Shown here: in pieces, positions 41,485 to 51,288 of the stretch
Layout of the letters: each line of letters opens with the position of its first letter
How positions within the stretch are numbered: position 1 is the first letter of the stretch
Source of the DNA: Nitrospirota bacterium
Lineage (GTDB): Bacteria; Nitrospirota; Nitrospiria; Nitrospirales; Nitrospiraceae
Reading direction: 5' to 3'
DNA length: 64,000 bases
Assembly: GCA_963701855.1 (NCBI GenBank)
Contig: CAVPBK010000004.1
Location: 256,001 to 320,000 of the forward strand
Notes under the pieces: generated by a model
Seen by the model: the letters and a program-made list of their open reading frames with translations, nothing else
Databases searched by the model: none
What the model was told of the DNA's origin: nothing
Program-made: the position numbers and the translations under genes

Positions 41485-42495
41485 TCATACGTGGGAGTAA
41501 TGCTTGAGAGACTTCGAGAGTTGGTCGATCATAATCTTTACTAACTTAGGAGGACTGAGCACCTTCGCTTCTTTTCCCCACGACAGTACCCACCAAGCAA
41601 TCTCATCCAATCCACCGGCATGAAAGCTAACTTCCACCGATCCATTTTTGAGCTTCTTAGTGCGCTGGCTAGGATGCCACTGACGTTCTTGCATGAAATG
41701 GGTGACTTCCTTGCTGAACACAATTGTCACTTCCTGCGGTAGTTCTTCGATTAGCCCGAACTGTTGGGCATACCGATCAGTGGAGAAATAGGCGGCAGGG
41801 ATCTCAAAGCGATCTTCGGTCAATGTGACCTGTTTCATCCGGTCCACCGCAAAAAGACGCTCTTCCCCGGAGCGGTGGGAATACCCTTGCACATAGAGGC
41901 CGTGGTCGTACAGCACAAGGGCATAGGGATCAACGCGGTAGATCAATGCCTTATTTGCACCTGGTTTCTTATAAGTCAGGTCTACAGTGAGTTGTAGCAG
42001 TAGCGCAATGCGAAGCTGCCGCAGCAGATCATTCTTTTCGACGTACGCCCGCGTCCCTCGCTGAAGCGGCGCAAACACCTGGACAATTCGTTCTAGATGA
42101 TTCGCGGTTTTCGCGGGCAACGATGCCGCCACTTTCGCAATAACTGCATCCAGGTCTTGCATGAATGGCGTGTTCTTCAGATGACTGAGATTCGATCGAG
42201 CCATCTGAAGGGACATGAGTTCATATCGGGTCAGCGTGATCGGTGGGAGACCCTTGTATCCAAGCGGCAATTGCCATTGTTTTTCACCGGCATCATCCGA
42301 GGAAGTCAGTGGATGACCTTCTGCTTCAATTTCCTCTAAATCTCGACGTACCTGCCTGGAACTGACGTTGAAGTCTTGGGCAAGATCTTTGATGGTCACG
42401 CCTCGGCTGGCCAGAGTTCTCATCATGCGAGCGAGGCGATCTGCCTGAGTATAGACCCCGCTCTTGCGCCCTCTCGATTTGTGCCGGTTATCCAT
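41485..42495 (-). CDS. HTH-WYL-WCX transcriptional regulator (PafBC/DriD-like)
   Basis: HTH LAQDFNVSSRQVRRDL, WYL region YRVDPYALVLYDHGLYVQGY...RLFAVDRM, and WCX WVLSWG..AKVLSPPKL. Confidence 0.92.
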   Translation of the reverse strand: MDNRHKSRGRKSGVYTQADRLARMMRTLASRGVTIKDLAQDFNVSSRQVRRDLEEIEAEGHPLTSSDDAGEKQWQLPLGYKGLPPITLTRYELMSLQMARSNLSHLKNTPFMQDLDAVIAKVAASLPAKTANHLERIVQVFAPLQRGTRAYVEKNDLLRQLRIALLLQLTVDLTYKKPGANKALIYRVDPYALVLYDHGLYVQGYSHRSGEERLFAVDRMKQVTLTEDRFEIPAAYFSTDRYAQQFGLIEELPQEVTIVFSKEVTHFMQERQWHPSQRTKKLKNGSVEVSFHAGGLDEIAWWVLSWGKEAKVLSPPKLVKIMIDQLSKSLKHYSHV

Positions 42496-42499
42496 CGTC

Positions 42500-43756
42500 T
42501 CAGAGTCCCGGTCTCGATTCCGCTACGACACTGAGTTCCAGCGGAGAACCGGCGCGCCTGATATCGAGTTTCAATGCCTGCCCCGCTTCGACCCGGCATA
42601 GTCGTTTGGCCTCGCGATCGGAGGTGACGGTCGCCAGGGCGATGCCGTTACAGGCGAGGACTCTATCACCTACCTTGAGGCCAGCCTTGTCAGCAGGCAG
42701 GCCGCCACGAAGTTCCCGCACGAGGTAGTATCGCGCGCCGGCTGATTCTTGTAACTCCCAATTGACGCCGATCCGTCCGGACCCGAGCAACCCGGTTTGC
42801 GATCCAAACCGAGAGAGAATGCGATTCGCAATGACGCGGGCCAAGCCTTCGGGATCGTCAGCCGTGGCGTCAGAGCCGTATCCTTCCCCGTTGAATAACA
42901 CCGCACCGCTCTCCACATCGATCATCCGTAAGGCCAGTGACACGCGGCTGTTCTGTTCTCCCTCGGTTCGCTCCCATTGTTGCACTTCACCCACCACAAT
43001 GGCCTGCGCACCGACAAGTTTCCCGACTTTCAGCACCTCGGTATCGTCAGCATGCTGCAGTTGGACAACCTGCTCCTTGAACACTTCGTCGAGTTCGGTT
43101 CGCTCGACCACATTGACGTCCAAGTCCAACATCAAGGTCGTCACCATCCCAGCCACACGCGACCCAGACCCCGGTACACCCGGCGCATCATCAAACAGCA
43201 TAACGGCCATCGTCCGGTAGCGATCGATCGTGTCACGATTGATTGGACCGGAGCCGGCCACCATCGGCTCCGGTCGTCCACGCATCCCGCCGGACCCTAG
43301 AGCGGCAGTGCCTGACGAGGCACAGGCGCGGCGCCGCTGTAGAATGGCAGCAGGTGTGCCCCAGGCGCAGAGTTCATCATTCACCAGCACGACGTGGTGT
43401 GGATATTCGCGTTCATGTTCTGCGGCAATGTTGGTGAAGGGATAGAAAATGCAGCCGCCGATCCAGATCGAGATCGGGCAGAGTGCCAACTCATAGAACC
43501 ACTGTTTGCGGGCCGTAAGGGAATACTCCCAGACCAGCAGACGGCCATCGTCACGCAACACACGATCCGGACGGCCGATCTGTTCGATCACCTCAGCCTT
43601 CGACATCGGCACAGCCAGCCGATCCAGCTTGGACTCCGACTTCACAATCGTGTAGGCAACCCCACAAGCTGTAAATGTGCTGGCCAGGCCAACGATCACG
43701 AGTGTGCGAATGAGAATGGACCACTGGTTGGAAGGAACCGTATGCTGCTTCGGCAT
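42500..43756 (-). CDS. lipoprotein with BamE-like, CsgG-like and PDZ domains
   Basis: FTAC lipobox, MSKAEVIEQIGRPD, VVERTELDEVFKEQ..KVGKLVGAQAIVVG..LRMIDVESGAVL, and PADKAGLKVGDRVLACNG. Confidence 0.75.
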   Translation of the reverse strand: MPKQHTVPSNQWSILIRTLVIVGLASTFTACGVAYTIVKSESKLDRLAVPMSKAEVIEQIGRPDRVLRDDGRLLVWEYSLTARKQWFYELALCPISIWIGGCIFYPFTNIAAEHEREYPHHVVLVNDELCAWGTPAAILQRRRACASSGTAALGSGGMRGRPEPMVAGSGPINRDTIDRYRTMAVMLFDDAPGVPGSGSRVAGMVTTLMLDLDVNVVERTELDEVFKEQVVQLQHADDTEVLKVGKLVGAQAIVVGEVQQWERTEGEQNSRVSLALRMIDVESGAVLFNGEGYGSDATADDPEGLARVIANRILSRFGSQTGLLGSGRIGVNWELQESAGARYYLVRELRGGLPADKAGLKVGDRVLACNGIALATVTSDREAKRLCRVEAGQALKLDIRRAGSPLELSVVAESRPGL

Positions 43757-43818
43757 CGCTGCAAGCGTAACACTCTGGAAGCGAGGGCTGCAACGCAGAG
43801 AGACGGGGTGGACAGGGA

Positions 43819-44379
43819 TCAGTTCAAAGAAGGGTCGAACGGCATATCCGCATAATGGCGATAGTCGTCACCTAGGGTACTCACGATGTCTGGCCAAATA
43901 CGTGTGGGATCCTTTTCGAACACCACGCTGGGATCTGCGGGAATGGTAATCCAGGAACCCGTTTGCATTTCAGACTCCAGTTGACCTGGGCCCCATCCGG
44001 AATATCCGATATAGGCGCGAAAGGCCTCTCGCCCCTCACGGGTGGTCAATATTCGATCGACGAGGTCTGTATCACCACCGAGACAGATTCCATCGAAGAC
44101 ATGATGTGAATTCTCAGGCAGTTGGTCCAATCGATACAACATCATCACCTGGTTCGTTTGCACCGGTCCTCCGGAAAAGAGGACGTGCCGCTGGCCTTCG
44201 AGGATCGGCACTTGAGGTAAGGCCTCAGAAACCGACATCGCCGTCGGGCGATTGACAACGACACCCAGCGCACCTTCGGCCCCGTGCTCGCAGAGCAATA
44301 CGACTGTCTGCCGAAAATTCGGATCGCGCAAGGACGGCGCTGCGATGAGAAAAATGCCTTTCCCGAGTGGGGCCTTCAT
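43819..44379 (-). CDS. yqgE: YqgE/AlgH family protein
   Basis: DPNFRQTVVLLCEH, GALGVVVNRP, GGPV, GYSGWGPGQLESE...SW. Confidence 0.92.
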   Translation of the reverse strand: MKAPLGKGIFLIAAPSLRDPNFRQTVVLLCEHGAEGALGVVVNRPTAMSVSEALPQVPILEGQRHVLFSGGPVQTNQVMMLYRLDQLPENSHHVFDGICLGGDTDLVDRILTTREGREAFRAYIGYSGWGPGQLESEMQTGSWITIPADPSVVFEKDPTRIWPDIVSTLGDDYRHYADMPFDPSLN

Positions 44380-44430
44380 GTCTCAATCCTACCGCGTGGG
44401 CCGATGACGTGCAAGCGAGACTCGCGAGAT

Positions 44431-44514
44431 TGGTTGCTCTGGTTTGTTTGGTCTATTTGGTTTGTTTGGTCGAACTAGATGAACCAAATGATCAAAACAA
44501 ACCAGAACAACCAG
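44431..44514. repeat. long imperfect palindrome of 9-nt periodic units
   Basis: tggttgctc/tggtttgtt/tggtctatt/tggtttgtt ... aaccaaatg/atcaaaaca/aaccagaac/aacca. A related element lies at 52780-52877. Confidence 0.65.
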
Positions 44515-44519
44515 CCGGA

Positions 44520-45308
44520 TTACCTATAGAGGGATTCGCGTCGATCGCGAAGTAGATCGTTGTAGCGCGTGAGAGCTTTGTTTCTCGCGTCGGCAGGATC
44601 GATCTCGACGATGCAGAGTTCTTCCTGGTCCCGCGGCGCACGATGCAGAATCGCCCCATTGGGAGCGACGATTTCACTGTTCCCAATAAACGTCAGCTGA
44701 TCTTTGCCGCCTCGCGCTTCGTTCCCTGTGCGATTACACGTAATCGCGAACACTCGATTTTCCAGGCACCGAACCGGCATGGAATCCGGGCAATTAGGCA
44801 ACACGAGGTTCGACGGGTGGCAGATGATCTCTGCTTCCTTGAGCGCCAACGTGCGAGCCGCCTCCGGATAGTACCAGTCAAAACAGATCATCACGCCGAT
44901 CTTAGCTGGTCCGATATCCCACACCTGAAATCCCGTGTCGCCTGGCGTAAAAAACAGCGTTTCCTCAAAAAATAGATGGGTCTTGCGATAACACCCAATA
45001 AACCCGGATGGGCCAACAACCACGGCGGAGTTATAGCAGGCAGAACCGGCACGTTCCGGAAGACCAGCGACGATCGTCATTCTGCGACGCTTTGCAAGGT
45101 CGATCAGCCGTTGTGTAGTCGGTCCACTCGGCACCGACTCTGACAGTCCGATGACTTCTTCCTGCGACAGGAACTGATACCCGGACGCACACAACTCAGG
45201 CAACACGATCAGATCGGCATCAGCCCGGTCGAGTGATTCCACAATCTTATCGAGATTGTGCGACACCTGGCCAAACCGTGGAGCGAACTGAAAAAACCCG
45301 ACACGCAT
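44520..45308 (-). CDS. carbon-nitrogen hydrolase (nitrilase superfamily)
   Basis: Catalytic triad motifs LIVLPEL, YRKTHL and VMICFDW. Confidence 0.92.
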   Translation of the reverse strand: MRVGFFQFAPRFGQVSHNLDKIVESLDRADADLIVLPELCASGYQFLSQEEVIGLSESVPSGPTTQRLIDLAKRRRMTIVAGLPERAGSACYNSAVVVGPSGFIGCYRKTHLFFEETLFFTPGDTGFQVWDIGPAKIGVMICFDWYYPEAARTLALKEAEIICHPSNLVLPNCPDSMPVRCLENRVFAITCNRTGNEARGGKDQLTFIGNSEIVAPNGAILHRAPRDQEELCIVEIDPADARNKALTRYNDLLRDRRESLYR

Positions 45309-45330
45309 GATCATCTGTCCCCAGAATAAA

Positions 45331-45354
45331 ACGGGCAGGGTCGACCCTGCCCGT
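45331..45354 (-). terminator. intrinsic terminator after smbP
   Basis: ACGGGCAGGG-tcga-CCCTGCCCGT, followed by TTTATT on the minus strand. Confidence 0.7.
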
Positions 45355-45380
45355 CCAAGAAAAATCTCTGACCGAATGGC

Positions 45381-45728
45381 TTACTTCACTTCGGACAAAT
45401 GGGTGACTGCGCCTTCGGCATGTTGGGTGGCCACATCGGCGTGACCGGCCTTGCCATGGGCAACGCATTCCTTGAGATGCGTGACCCCTTCAGCCAGATG
45501 CGGATTCTTCATATCACCAGCCATGGCATGCTTGAGTGCTTCCTCACAATGCTTCACCAGAACATCGGCATGCCCTTGTTTGCCGTGCGCCACGGCTTCT
45601 TTGGCATGTTCCAATGATTCACTCACATGCTTGTCAGCAGCAAGGGCGAATCCGCTGAAAAGCGGGAAACCAACAAGCGCGGCAACCGCCGCCACAGCTA
45701 TTACTCCACGATGGATTCTCATTTTCAT
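45381..45728 (-). CDS. smbP: small metal-binding protein SmbP-like
   Basis: Signal peptide plus His-periodic repeats HAKEAVAHGKQGHADVLVKH and HLKECVAHGKAGHADVATQH. Confidence 0.85.
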   Translation of the reverse strand: MKMRIHRGVIAVAAVAALVGFPLFSGFALAADKHVSESLEHAKEAVAHGKQGHADVLVKHCEEALKHAMAGDMKNPHLAEGVTHLKECVAHGKAGHADVATQHAEGAVTHLSEVK

Positions 45729-45855
45729 GGATTCCTCCTCAATGGTTAACATTCGTTAGGCTGGCGAATGATGCACACATAACCATCTATTTTCATTATC
45801 ATTCCCACCCTCCTTCCCCCGGCGCTCATCACTTTACATGGCCACTTTTCCACTG

Positions 45856-46734
45856 TCAAGAAGGCCTTATTTGTGGATCGACGTTCAGGATGTGCTGCAA
45901 TCCCTTGGCATCTTTTTCTACCGGACAGGCAAAATCACGACTCCACTCCCACCAAGATCCAGGATAGTTTCGGACCTTTGGATACCCGGCGAGTTTGAGG
46001 ACAAAATACAGCCAAGCTGAACGAAGGCCGCCAGTGCAATAACAGATGACCTCTTGATCCTGGCTGAGATCTTTCTCGGCAAGAGTTTTGCCGATCGCCT
46101 GCAGATCTTTTACCGTGGCATTCGCGTGAAGAAATCCATTCCAAGCCAGATGAATGGCAGAGGGAATGTGCCCGGGCCGCGGTATCCCCGACATCTCTTT
46201 CCCAAGATATTCTTCGAGGCTACGCGCATCAACGATCACGGTGCCAGGATGCGGCTGCTTCACGAGATGCTTCAGTTCGTCTTTGCCTGCGATCACGGCG
46301 GTCACCGGCTTGACGACGAAGGTCCCCGGCTTAGGCGTCACGCCCCCGTGCTCGAACGGCCGTTTTTCCTGCACCCACTTAACCCACCCGCCGTCGAGAA
46401 TACGCAGACGTGTATGTCCGAGATATTCCAACATCCAGAACATGCGGCCTTCGTCCCCCCAATTGTCGAACGGATTGGAATAGATGACCACATCGCTGTC
46501 CTGACTGATGCCCAAGGCACGGATCTTTTGTTCCATGCGTCCGCGATCAGGATCGAGCAATCCCTTCGGCACGGCATTTGGATCGCTGTATTCATGCCAT
46601 GTCGAATGCACCGCCCCCGGAATATGGCCGCCGAATTCGTAGGCTGCTCGCCCTCGCACATCGAGAACCACCAGGCCAGGCTGTCCCAAGCTCTGCTGAA
46701 GCGTTTCGGTATCGATCAGCAACGCGTGTGTCAT
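45856..46734 (-). CDS. tandem-rhodanese sulfurtransferase
   Basis: GHIPGA, RILDGGW, VDARS..EY.G, GHIPSA, YCTGGLRS, YPGSWWEW. Confidence 0.92.
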   Translation of the reverse strand: MTHALLIDTETLQQSLGQPGLVVLDVRGRAAYEFGGHIPGAVHSTWHEYSDPNAVPKGLLDPDRGRMEQKIRALGISQDSDVVIYSNPFDNWGDEGRMFWMLEYLGHTRLRILDGGWVKWVQEKRPFEHGGVTPKPGTFVVKPVTAVIAGKDELKHLVKQPHPGTVIVDARSLEEYLGKEMSGIPRPGHIPSAIHLAWNGFLHANATVKDLQAIGKTLAEKDLSQDQEVICYCTGGLRSAWLYFVLKLAGYPKVRNYPGSWWEWSRDFACPVEKDAKGLQHILNVDPQIRPS

Positions 46735-46807
46735 GTCGTTCCTTGTGTGGTGTGAGCTGTCAACGATCCGACCTGGACCCAACCGAGAAGAATGTTGACA
46801 GAGCCCT

Positions 46808-47752
46808 TCATGCAGCTAAGAGGGCCTGAATATGACGATCAACCGAGTCCGCCAGCGCGGTGAGATTATACCCGCCTTCGAGCGACGAGAGCATGCGTCC
46901 GCCGGCATGGCGTTTGGCAATGCCGGCCACGATGCCGGTAAGGTCCGCGTAACCATTTTCCGTCAACCCCATGCTCGCGAGTGGATCGTCCTTGTGCGCA
47001 TCGAAGCCGGCTGAGATAATGATGAATTCTGGTTTGAACGCATCGGCAGCCGGCACCAGCGATTTCTGAAAGACGTCACGATACTCCTCATCTCCTTCAC
47101 CCGCTTCCATCGGCACATTGATCGTGAACCCTTCCCCTGCTCCCCGTCCCCGCTCTGATTCTCGTCCCGTTCCCGGATAGTGCGGGTATTGATGCGTGCT
47201 GAAGAAGAGCACGGAGGGATCGTCCTCGAAACTGTGCTGCGTGCCGTTCCCATGGTGCACGTCCCAATCGACAATCAATACACGCTTAAGGCCATGCTTC
47301 TTCTGCACATAGCGCGCGGCAATCGCCACATTGTTGAAGAGACAGAAACCCATCGCGCGCCCCGCTTCAGCATGATGCCCCGGCGGCCTCACCGCACAGA
47401 ATACATGGTCCACTTGCCGGCGCAAGATCGCATCGACAGCGGCCAATGCCCCGCCAGCTGCTAAATAGGCGGCGGTCAATGAGCCGGGAGACATGGAAGT
47501 GTCAGGATCGAGCGAGACCCGCCCGCTCGCCGGCGCGTGACTCTTCAGCATCGCAAGATACGAAGATGTATGGACCTGCGTAATCCATTCGTCTTCAGCC
47601 TCTCGCGGCTCAATCTTGGTCAGCCGGGCCGCCGTACCACTCTGCTCCAGCTGCTGCATGATGGCACGCAGCCGATTGGGAGACTCTGGGTGCCCTGCCC
47701 CCATGTCATGGTCAAAATAGCGTGGATCGTAGACGAGTCCTGTTTTGCCCAT
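46808..47752 (-). CDS. histone deacetylase family (Zn-dependent deacylase)
   Basis: HPESP.RL, RPPGHHA, GFCLFNN, DWDVHHGNGTQ, SAGFDAH..DPL, LEGGY. Confidence 0.95.
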   Translation of the reverse strand: MGKTGLVYDPRYFDHDMGAGHPESPNRLRAIMQQLEQSGTAARLTKIEPREAEDEWITQVHTSSYLAMLKSHAPASGRVSLDPDTSMSPGSLTAAYLAAGGALAAVDAILRRQVDHVFCAVRPPGHHAEAGRAMGFCLFNNVAIAARYVQKKHGLKRVLIVDWDVHHGNGTQHSFEDDPSVLFFSTHQYPHYPGTGRESERGRGAGEGFTINVPMEAGEGDEEYRDVFQKSLVPAADAFKPEFIIISAGFDAHKDDPLASMGLTENGYADLTGIVAGIAKRHAGGRMLSSLEGGYNLTALADSVDRHIQALLAA

Positions 47753-47775
47753 AAATGCTCCAGCTCACTTGCCTA

Positions 47776-47899
47776 GCAGGACGCTCAAAATGGTTGCCCT
47801 GCGAAGCCGCAGCGAGCGAGATGTCAAGGCATTCTTTTCAGTACGTTGAGGCGTTGAGCGACTCGAGAACAACGCTGGCAGACTTTTTCAGCGTCCTGC
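47776..47899. mobile_element. MITE-like element (copy 2)
   Basis: CTA-GCAGGACGCTCAAAA ... TTTTCAGCGTCCTGC. Same length and internal blocks (GCCGCAGC, GTACGT, TCGAGAAC) as 14836-14960. Confidence 0.65.
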
Positions 47900-47978
47900 C
47901 GAATTCAGATTAGCATGCAAGAAAGACCATAGACAACGAGCGCGCCCACTGTTATCGTCTATCGAACTGGAGAAAGAG

Positions 47979-48296
47979 ATGCAAAATCGACGAATCGAAC
48001 CGCTCAAGAAAGTCCTGACGATCGATCCGAACGACGAGGTGGCCTGGTTTGGTCTCGGGAAGGCCTACATGGAAGATGCGAACTTCGAAGAAGCAGCCAA
48101 GGCCCTGCAGCAATGCATCACAGTGAAGCCCACCTACTCAGCCGCCTACTATGCCTGGGCCCAATCACTGCACAAGCTGGGTCGAATCGACGAGTGCCGA
48201 ACCGTCTGCACCACCGGCATCGATGTCTCCACAAAAAACGGTGACGCGATGGTGACGAAGAATTTCGAACTCCTCAAAAGCTCGCTGCCTACTTAA
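47979..48296 (+). CDS. TPR protein
   Basis: AWFGLGKAY...A...ITVKPTYSAAYY TPR pattern. Confidence 0.85.
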   Translation: MQNRRIEPLKKVLTIDPNDEVAWFGLGKAYMEDANFEEAAKALQQCITVKPTYSAAYYAWAQSLHKLGRIDECRTVCTTGIDVSTKNGDAMVTKNFELLKSSLPT

Positions 48297-48397
48297 GAAC
48301 TGACACTTCACTGATCGGCCCCAGCGAAACGAGGTAGGGATCTAATCTGTCCAGTCATGCCTTTCTCGCATGTCTCGCGCTTCACGAACGACGTTCG

Positions 48398-48736
48398 TTA
48401 GACCGGCTCCGCTCCTTTGTCATCGTCATCGTCATCAGCTGTAAGACCGAGGACTTCCGGCTGGCGCTTGGCGATTTCTTCGTACACTTCATCGAACCAG
48501 CGGCTCGCGCAGCCGAGGATCTCCCTGACCAACGGTTCCGTTTGACCCGTTCGCTTGATAGTCCATTGGCAGACATATTCCAACAGCACGTTCCGCTCAA
48601 AACGCTCCGACGATTGAGTGGCCAACAAAGTCATTTCACTCAGCCCCGTCTTGAGAATCTCGGCCACTGTGTCCCGCCCATAAGACGTACTGGCTGTGAC
48701 ATATTGGACTGCCCGGTTGAGTTCTTGATCGGTCAT
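48398..48736 (-). CDS. hypothetical protein
   Basis: Helical ORF with an acidic tail, MTDQELNRAVQYV... Confidence 0.7.
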   Translation of the reverse strand: MTDQELNRAVQYVTASTSYGRDTVAEILKTGLSEMTLLATQSSERFERNVLLEYVCQWTIKRTGQTEPLVREILGCASRWFDEVYEEIAKRQPEVLGLTADDDDDDKGAEPV

Positions 48737-48907
48737 GAAGTTTCCCCGTTACGCTTCGCGCATCATACCGAAAATGCCACCGCAGATGGAAGATTCTCCC
48801 GGAGCTAGTGAAAAACTCTGCGACCTCATTGACGGGAATGGTATGATCATGGCCGGACAAGGCCAGCCTGCATGATGCATGAGGGCGAGACGAAGGAGAT
48901 ATGACTT

Positions 48908-50731
48908 ATGCCCGTGAAGACCAACCGAAGCATTTCGACCCGACGCAACGCCTCCTCCGCTAAGCGACAGAAACTCACCAATTCGGAACACTGGGACCTC
49001 TCCCACTTGGCAGAGAAACCAGTTGAGCGGTTCGAGACCCTGCTGGGAGAGATCGAATTCAAGGTGGCTCAATTTGAATCTGCGCGTACACAGCTCAGTC
49101 CGACCATGGCAACTTCCATCTTCCACTCACTACTGACGCTCAGCGAAGACATCGTGGCTGCGTCGTCCCGGCTCAGCGCCTATGCCTACCTCTGGTTCTC
49201 CGAAAACACCAAAGACCTCGCCGCTCGTTCGTTTAAAACTAAGGTCGAGGAGCGGCTCACAACACTCCAGAACCGATTGGTGTTTTTCGACCTGTGGTGG
49301 CAGAGCGTCGACGAAAACAATGCGCGCCGGCTCATGACCGGAACCGGCACGCTCCGATATCACCTCGAAACCATCCGACGATTTCAGCCTCACACGCTGT
49401 CTGAACCGGAAGAAAAGATCGTCAATATTAAGAACATCACAGGTCGTAGCGCAGTTCATTCGCTCTACGACGTCGTGACGAACGCCTTGCCGTTCACGCT
49501 CACCGTCAACGGCAAGCGGAAGACGATGACGCGTGAGGAACTGACGTCCTATCTCCGCCATGCGCAAGGACGGCTGCGTGAGGCCGCTTATCGCGAACTA
49601 TATCGCGTCTATGCCGATCAACACGATCTGCTGGGTGAAATTTACAAGACCTTGGTCAACGACTGGAAAGCGGAGAATCTCCAACTGCGCCGGTTCGCCT
49701 CCCCGATTGCCACCCGCAACCTCGGAAACGACATTCCAGATGAAGCCGTGGCCTCCCTCTTAAAAGTCTGTCAGAAAAATGCGGGCATCTTTCAGCATTA
49801 CTTCCGCATCAAGGCTCGCCTTTGCAAGATCAAGCCGATGAGCCGCTATCACATCTATGCACCGCATCGCACAGCACAGAAATCCTATCGCTATCAAGAT
49901 GCCGTCCGAATGGTGCTGGAGGCCTATCGAGGATTCTCTCCGCAATTAGCTGACTTGGCAGAACGAGTAGTTCATGAACGCCATATCGATGCGCGAACGA
50001 GGCCAGGAAAAATCGGGGGAGCCTATTGTTACAGCGTCGTCCCCAAAATGACCCCCTACGTTCTGCTGAACTTCACCGGCGAGGCACGCGATATCGCGAC
50101 GATGGCCCATGAGCTCGGTCATGCCGTCCACGGCATGCTGGCAGCGAAACATTCCATGTTTACCTTCCATTCCACCCTCCCGCTGGCGGAAACAGCGTCA
50201 GTGTTCGGAGAACGAATCCTATCCGATGCCCTCATGAACCAGGAACGAGACAAGAAGGTGAGACAGGGACTCCTGCTCAACCAACTGGATGACATCTACG
50301 CCACGGTCCTCCGGCAAGCCTATTTCGTCCAATTTGAGAATCAGGCCCATGAAATGATCGCCCAGGGCGCAACCGTGAAGGATCTGGCTAAAACCTATCT
50401 TGCCGAGGTGCGGCAACAGTTTGGAAAAGGAATCAAGGTCCCGGATGAGTTCCAATGGGAATGGCTGACCATTCCACACATCTTTGCCAGCCCTTTCTAT
50501 TGTTACGCCTATAGTTTCGGCAACTTATTGGTCCTGGCCCTCTACCAGATGTATCAGAAAGAAGGGGTATCGTTCGTGCCCAAATATCTGGATCTGCTGA
50601 GTACCGGCGGGTCAGAGTCACCGCAGACGATTCTCGCTAAAGTCGGAGTCGATATGGCGTCTGAAGATTTTTGGCAATCGGGGTTCGATACGATCCGTGA
50701 GATGGTCGATCAGCTAGAGCATACACTGTAG
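48908..50731 (+). CDS. pepF: M3B oligoendopeptidase F
   Basis: WDLSHL, GKIGGAYC, TMAHELGHAVH, AETASVFGE, IPHIF.SPFYCYAY. Confidence 0.93.
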   Translation: MPVKTNRSISTRRNASSAKRQKLTNSEHWDLSHLAEKPVERFETLLGEIEFKVAQFESARTQLSPTMATSIFHSLLTLSEDIVAASSRLSAYAYLWFSENTKDLAARSFKTKVEERLTTLQNRLVFFDLWWQSVDENNARRLMTGTGTLRYHLETIRRFQPHTLSEPEEKIVNIKNITGRSAVHSLYDVVTNALPFTLTVNGKRKTMTREELTSYLRHAQGRLREAAYRELYRVYADQHDLLGEIYKTLVNDWKAENLQLRRFASPIATRNLGNDIPDEAVASLLKVCQKNAGIFQHYFRIKARLCKIKPMSRYHIYAPHRTAQKSYRYQDAVRMVLEAYRGFSPQLADLAERVVHERHIDARTRPGKIGGAYCYSVVPKMTPYVLLNFTGEARDIATMAHELGHAVHGMLAAKHSMFTFHSTLPLAETASVFGERILSDALMNQERDKKVRQGLLLNQLDDIYATVLRQAYFVQFENQAHEMIAQGATVKDLAKTYLAEVRQQFGKGIKVPDEFQWEWLTIPHIFASPFYCYAYSFGNLLVLALYQMYQKEGVSFVPKYLDLLSTGGSESPQTILAKVGVDMASEDFWQSGFDTIREMVDQLEHTL

Positions 50732-50770
50732 AGCCGAGCCACCCTGCCCCCTGCACCTGCTACGCCCCAC

Positions 50771-50823
50771 TTGACAGATGGAAAGGGCGGGAGTATATTT
50801 ACATCAGTTGATAACAGTTATCA
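50771..50823 (+). promoter_or_regulatory. sigma70 promoter with downstream Fur box
   Basis: TTGACA(50771)-17 nt-TATATT(50794), and the 7-1-7 palindrome TGATAAC-A-GTTATCA at 50809-50823. Confidence 0.8.
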
Positions 50824-50874
50824 TAATCGTTTCAGTCGAGTGAGACACGGCTCGACGATACGGGAATGCAGCCC

Positions 50875-51081
50875 ATGTATCTTTGCCTTTGCAAGGGAAT
50901 TACTGAATCAGATGTCCGTGAAGCAGGACAAGCCGGTATTGTCATGCCCTGCCAACTCAAGGCGAAGTTCGGATTGAAAGACGCAGGATGCTGCGGTCGC
51001 TGCTCAAAGAATATTCAAGAGTTTGCGCAAGTCGCAATGAGTGTCCACCAAACGCCCTCCCCCAACAGCGTGCGGAGCTAA
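50875..51081 (+). CDS. bfd: bacterioferritin-associated ferredoxin-like [2Fe-2S] protein
   Basis: MYLCLCKGITESDV...CCGRC. Confidence 0.85.
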   Translation: MYLCLCKGITESDVREAGQAGIVMPCQLKAKFGLKDAGCCGRCSKNIQEFAQVAMSVHQTPSPNSVRS

Positions 51082-51288
51082 TCAGAGCTAAATCTTTCTC
51101 CCCAATCTGCCCTCCCTGCAAGACTACTTCAACACAGATCCACCCGCCCTTGATGAGGACAATCTCGCCTCTTCACGCGTGCAGAAATGGCGCCACACTG
51201 ACTAGTGGAGAGTTGAAAACTAATTTCGACCTAGAGTGATACTGGTCTGGAGGAAGTTCCTGTCGGCCCCAGCAGGGCCAGCAGCCTG

